A DNA stretch of 64,000 bases, taken from NCBI GenBank assembly GCA_051313645.2, contig JBNRSN020000012.1, positions 124,682,001 to 124,746,000 on the forward strand, read 5' to 3'. A model generated the notes under the pieces. That model saw only the letters and a list, made by a program, of their open reading frames with translations. It was not told where the DNA came from and did not search any database. How positions within the stretch are numbered: position 1 is the stretch's first letter; each line of letters begins with the position of its first letter. This document shows, one piece after another, positions 59,069 to 64,000 of this stretch. This stretch comes from Centroscyllium fabricii (Eukaryota). The position numbers were made by a program, and so were the translations under genes.

Positions 59069-60180
59069 TTAGTATTTATAGGTTAGTCCTTTTGCTTGTA
59101 TATTGAAAATTTTATATTAATATTTCAGTTTGAAAAGTAAATCGGTCATTTTTATAGAATAACAGTCTTTGCGGTACAGATTTTTAGACATAAAAAGCAC
59201 ATGAAGTGAAGTGCAGATACATATTTGTAAATGAATAAAGTAGAGTTTTAACATTGCTCAAATGAGAAAGGGCAAGCTTCAGACACAAGCAGAACATATT
59301 GTTGAACAATAGAATTTTTAAACAGGAACATGCCAGTGAAGGGGTTAAAAAGCAAGAGGAAAAAAAGATCAGTCACTGACTTGTTGTCGTGACTTCTTTG
59401 CAGGAGATGCCTGTGGGAAAGTGGTTGAAGGAAGTGTGTAGGGAGTGCTAGCAAATTAATTAAGTCACAGTATGATTGAAACCTCTTTCTACTCGACAGT
59501 ATGCTTTACATCATGTCATTACTATGCAATAAGATGCTGGTGATGGTATATATATATATACATAATTTAAGGAATGGTGTAACATAGAAACACAACCTAT
59601 GCAATATTAAATGCAATATACTCTCAGGTTCCCATTTAAAACATTTTACCCTACATCATCTGGACATTTGATTTAAAGTTTATTTTTAGAGGTCCCTTTT
59701 TCAATGTCCACCTGACCTGCAGCCTGAGAGGGCAGGTACAGAGCTTGCTCCAAGCTACCAGTTCAAGCATGATAATCTCCTCCGACCTTCACGCTTCCCC
59801 CATGTCTGCCACTGGCATCTGGTTGGCACCTCGCCAAGCCATTTGGCTTATGTCAGAAACTGAGCTTCGATCTACACTGATCGCCATTCGGTGACATTGA
59901 GCAACAGGTGCCCTAAGTTGCCAGAGGACATGCTCTTTTGGTCTATACAACTATTATAAAATTGTTAGATCGTTTAATGTGCAGCGTCATTTTTAAATAA
60001 CGATTTTGTTTTGCTCAGACTAATGTCAAGGGCAGCTACTGGGGAACAAGAATAAAAACAATGCTAATTCCCATTGTTTTAACAGTGGCAAATTATTAGA
60101 ATCATGAATTGTCTGTACCAATATTGAAGAGATTTAAAAACTTTTTAATGCAAGAATTAAACGTGGAGTGTACTTACACT

Positions 60181-62810
60181 TGTAAGGATAACTGCAGTTG
60201 TCGTAAAGACAGCAGGGGTTTGACTGACGGTTGACGTCATATCCTGGCGGGAGCCGACGCCATCTTGACCACGCTTCAGAGTAGGCTTGGAGCCAATGAG
60301 TAAAGACCTAATAAAAGGAGCTCCAATATAACTTGGTGTTAGACTACTATTTTGAGCATTCAATTAACATTACATGGTACCAGGATTATAGAACTCACGA
60401 AAAGGATCGACTACGAAAGATGGAAGGAATTAAACCTCCAGCTAACCTACAACTCGAAGGGAATGTGGATAAGAATTGGCGGGTCTTCAAGCAACGCTTT
60501 CTCCTCTACCTAACAGCCATTGATGCTTCCATGAGTTCGGGAACACATAAAGTAGCTTTGTTATTAACAGTTGCTGGCTTACAGGCAAGTGAGTTGTTCA
60601 ACACATTTAATTTTACATCCGAAGATGATAAAAATGACTTTGATAAAGTTATCGAACGGTTTGAGGAATTATGCGCTCCAAAAAAGAATGAGACGTATGA
60701 AAGATTTGTGTTCCACTCTCGGGTGCAAAAGCAAGGGGAATCCTTTGATGTATTTTTAACGGACTTAAAAATTAAAGCCCAAACATGCAATTATAAAGAT
60801 TTGAAAGAATCGAAGATACGGGATCAAGTCGTATTTGGAACACAGGATAAAAGGTTAAGGAAGAGAATTCTGAGATATAATTACTTCAATCTGGATGCAG
60901 CAGTAAAAATTTGTCATGCGAGTGAACTTTCAGCCATTCACATGAAAACTTTCAAAGGGAACACCCTGGGGCCGCAGAACCTGCCGGTGGATGTAGTGCA
61001 CAAAGGGGACTATAGAGAGCCAAGAGGGCCCATAGAGTACAACAAAATGGTGCCTTATGAATGCAGATGGTGCAGGAATAAACATGTGGCCGGGCAGTGT
61101 CCTGCTTCTGGAAAGAACTGTGCAAAATGTAAAGGCAGAAATCACTTTGCAAAGATGTGTTTCTGGGAACAGAAAGGCAAAAGTAAAAAGACAGTGCATA
61201 CTCTAGAGACTACAGAGGCGGGAGCGGAGACTTGGTATGTGGGAATGGTGCATCATGAAGCACACCCCATAGGGCCAAAGAAGGATGTCTGGATAGCTCC
61301 CTTGCTGGTAAATGGTACGATAGTCCCCTTCAAGCTTGATACAGGGGCTAAGGCAAATCTGATAAGCTGCAGTGATGCACGGAATCTCAAAGTGAGACCT
61401 AAAATATTAAACAAGACAGTGTCGCTGAAGGCATACAACGGCCAAAGCATCAAGACAAAAGGAATGTGTAGATTGATGGTGAAGGTTAAAAATCATAGGC
61501 ACTTTCTCACCTTTGTCATAGTGCCTGAAGGACTTGAGTCACTTCTGGGAGTTAAGGCCTGTGTGGACTTGGGCTTAGTAACTAGAGTCTACACGGTCAA
61601 CAAACTGAACTGTGTGCAAAATGACCCTATAGAGAATACCAATCTTAACTCTGAGACTATATGCAGAGGTATTTCAGCATTTCGGAGTGCTACCCTTCAC
61701 ATACTCCATTAAATTGAGGGAGGATGCACAACCTGTTATTCATGCACCCAGGAGAGTTCCAGTGGCTCTCCGTGAAAAACTAAGGAAAGAATTAGACTGC
61801 ATGGAGGGACTAGCTGTTATAAAGAAGATTGAGCAACCAACAGATTGGGTAAATTTGATGGTCTGTGTCAACTCAAGGAATACTGAAAAATTGCGTGTTT
61901 GCATGGATCCCAAGGACCTTAACGCCAATATAAAAAGAGAGCACTACCAAATTCCAAAAAAGAGAGGAAATAGTCAGTGAAATGACAGAAGCAAAAGTCT
62001 TCTCCAAAATGGATGCCTCGCATGGCTTCTGGCAGTTGAAGCTAGATGAAGAAAGTGCCAAGCTGTGCACATTTAACACCCCATTTGGTCGATATTCCTA
62101 CCAGTGTCTGCCCTTTGGCATCAGCTCCGCCCCAGAAATCTTCCATAGAGCAATGGAGTGAATCATTGAGGGCCTGGAGGGAGTGCGGGTGTACGTGGAT
62201 GAGCTGGTGGTATGGGGCTCCACTCAAGGAGAGCACAACATCAGGCTGGAGAAAACACTCCAGAGAATACAGCAGTATGGACTCAAGCTAAATAAAGATA
62301 AATGCCAGTTCAGTGTAAAGGAAATAACATTCCTAGGAAACAAGATCTCCACAGAGGGGATTCAACCAGACAAGTCAAAGATAAAGGCAATACATGACAT
62401 GGAGAAACCAAAGGACAAAAGGGGTCCAACGGGCCCTTGGCATGGTTAACTACCTAGGAAAATTCATTCTAAATCTAGCAGTGAAAACTGAGCATCTGTG
62501 GAAACTGCTGCACCAAGAGACATAGTTCCAATGGGGTCATGAACACGAGAGAGAATGGAAGGGGCTGCTACACATCCTAGCAAGTGAACCCATACTGAAG
62601 TTCTTCTGCCCTAAAAAGAGGACAAAAGTGTCCACAGATGCCTCTAAGAATGGACTAGGGGCTATCCTTCTACAGGAAGATGAAGGGGAATGGCGACCGG
62701 TGGCATATGCATCACATTCTATGATGGCTACAGAGTGCCAGTACGCGCAAATCAAGACGGAATGCCTGGGCTTGGCATTTGGGTGTGAAAAATGTCATAC
62801 CTACATCTAT
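60181..62810 (+). mobile_element. 5' part of Ty3/Gypsy element H (decayed), interrupted in RNase H by element I
   Basis: LTR TGTAA..TTACA 60181-60374; PBS TGGTACCAGGA (tRNA-Leu TAA-like) 60375-60385. Confidence 0.9.
60420..62810 (+). pseudogene. gag-pol: Element H gag-PR-RT-RNase H with frameshifts
   Basis: CCHC x2; LDTGA; FSKMDA..LPFG..YVDE; TDASKNGLGA. Confidence 0.9.
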
Positions 62811-64000
62811 TGTAACGGTTGTAGGTTGGGCCCAAATGCAATACACCGAAAACATACGTAGAAGTAAACTCCTTTATTTCTGAGCAGTAGAAGACATAGG
62901 AAACAGTAGGTCAATATCGGCAGAAAGTTCACGGAGGCAACAAGTCCAAAACAGAGTTCAGGCAGAAGAGAATCCAAATTCAGAAACAGTTCAATACCGG
63001 GTAGTCTGTCCACGGGAGCAACAAATCCAAAACGAGGTCAGGCAGAAGAGAATCCAAATTTCCAGAAAGCAGGTCAGTATCTCGAACAGGCAGGATCAGA
63101 GAGCTTGGAACTACACACAGGTATCACAGTCAGAAAGAACAAACGATCTGGCAACCCCTAGATGGAAAGTAGGAGCTTATATACAGCTCTTGATTACCAC
63201 TGGTGAATCTGGGCTGTTCAATCAGGTGCAGGCAGTAGCGCTAACGAGGTGATAACCAGTTAAAGGGGAAGAGCCAACCTAAGAGTTAAAGGAGAAGAGC
63301 CAACCTATGACAGAACCACCCCCTCAAGGGACGGCTCCCGATGTCCCAAACCCCAAATGCCGGAGTCGGGTGGGCGGACGGGTGCGGAGGAGGGACTAAT
63401 ATTCCTCGGGACCCTCATCCACATCCATTTCATCACTAGAATGAAGGGAATTCTCCTCATCAGAGGATTGCACCTCCTCATCCAGGGTTTCAGGAGGATG
63501 CACGGAACTGGGCCCCTGCCCAGACTCCCCAGGGGGTGCAGTCCTCCTACTCGGCTGGTCGGGATGCCTTCTGTGGAAGTCGGCCATAAGCTGAGGATCA
63601 ACAATGTGACGAGCAGGAACCCAGGACCTCTCCTCTGGTCCGTACCCCTCCCAGTCCACCAGGTACTGAAGTCCTCTCCCTCGGCGACGGGAGCGAAGTA
63701 GGCGGCGAACAGTGTAGACCAACCCCCCGTCGAGCATACGAGGAGGCGGAGGGGGTGTGGCAACAGGCACCAATGTACTCTCTCGTGCTGGTTTGACCCG
63801 CGACACATGAAAAGTGGGATGAACCCGCATGGATCGAGGAAGCTTGAGTCTCACTGCCGCTGGGTTGATGACCTTCTGGATCTCGAAGGGACCGATAAAC
63901 CTGGGAGCTAGCTTCTTAGACTCCACCTGGAGGGGCAGGTCCTTAGTGGAGAGCCACACCTTCTGACCAGCCTGATAGTTAGGAGCCTCCGAGCGACGAC
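62811..64000 (-). mobile_element. 3' end of chromodomain-bearing Ty3/Gypsy element I (sushi-like chromovirus)
   Basis: 502-bp 3' LTR 62811-63312 (TGTCA..TTACA on minus) with internal direct repeats; PPT 63313-63325. Confidence 0.9.
63396..64000 (-). CDS. pol: Element I integrase C-terminus: GPF motif, chromodomain, acidic tail (partial)
   Basis: [17 protein letters not shown]; [32 protein letters not shown]. Confidence 0.92.
   Translation of the reverse strand, partial: RRSEAPNYQAGQKVWLSTKDLPLQVESKKLAPRFIGPFEIQKVINPAAVRLKLPRSMRVHPTFHVSRVKPARESTLVPVATPPPPPRMLDGGLVYTVRRLLRSRRRGRGLQYLVDWEGYGPEERSWVPARHIVDPQLMADFHRRHPDQPSRRTAPPGESGQGPSSVHPPETLDEEVQSSDEENSLHSSDEMDVDEGPEEY

Noticed and set aside
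5971-64000. Uni-strand piRNA-cluster signature
   Set aside because: LTR elements are five minus and three plus and LINEs/SINEs are mixed; no clear strand bias from sequence alone.

Overview
Eukaryotic, almost certainly cartilaginous-fish (shark/ray) DNA, judged from HE1/V-SINE, Deu-domain SINE, CR1 tails and Penelope pseudo-LTRs. Most of the window is transposable elements, and I cannot identify a host gene. It holds six two-LTR Ty3/Gypsy elements (B 5971-11510, C 11778-16777, D 17542-22311, E 22487-27205, F 30332-35173, G 44774-49772) and a seventh (H, from 60181) interrupted by a chromodomain-bearing eighth (I, from 62811). There are also two solo LTRs, an internally deleted LTR element, four Rex1/Babar LINE pieces, CR1-type LINE pieces, SINEs, a Tigger-like MITE, many PIF/Harbinger-like MITEs and a Penelope-type minimal hammerhead ribozyme. 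The most striking signal is shared by three distinct related families (E, F, G). They have no tRNA primer-binding site; instead a 13-14 nt sequence 1 nt after the 5' LTR pairs, with compensatory changes, with the poly(A)-signal segment of their own LTR. They also share a YLDN reverse-transcriptase motif and a hairpin over the polypurine tract, which suggests tRNA-independent self-priming coupled to poly(A)-site masking. Other oddities are a 113-bp flanking duplication around B, identical LTRs without a TSD in E, and a circularly permuted inverted repeat. All coordinates and identities were counted by eye, and family names come from motif recognition, not database searches.
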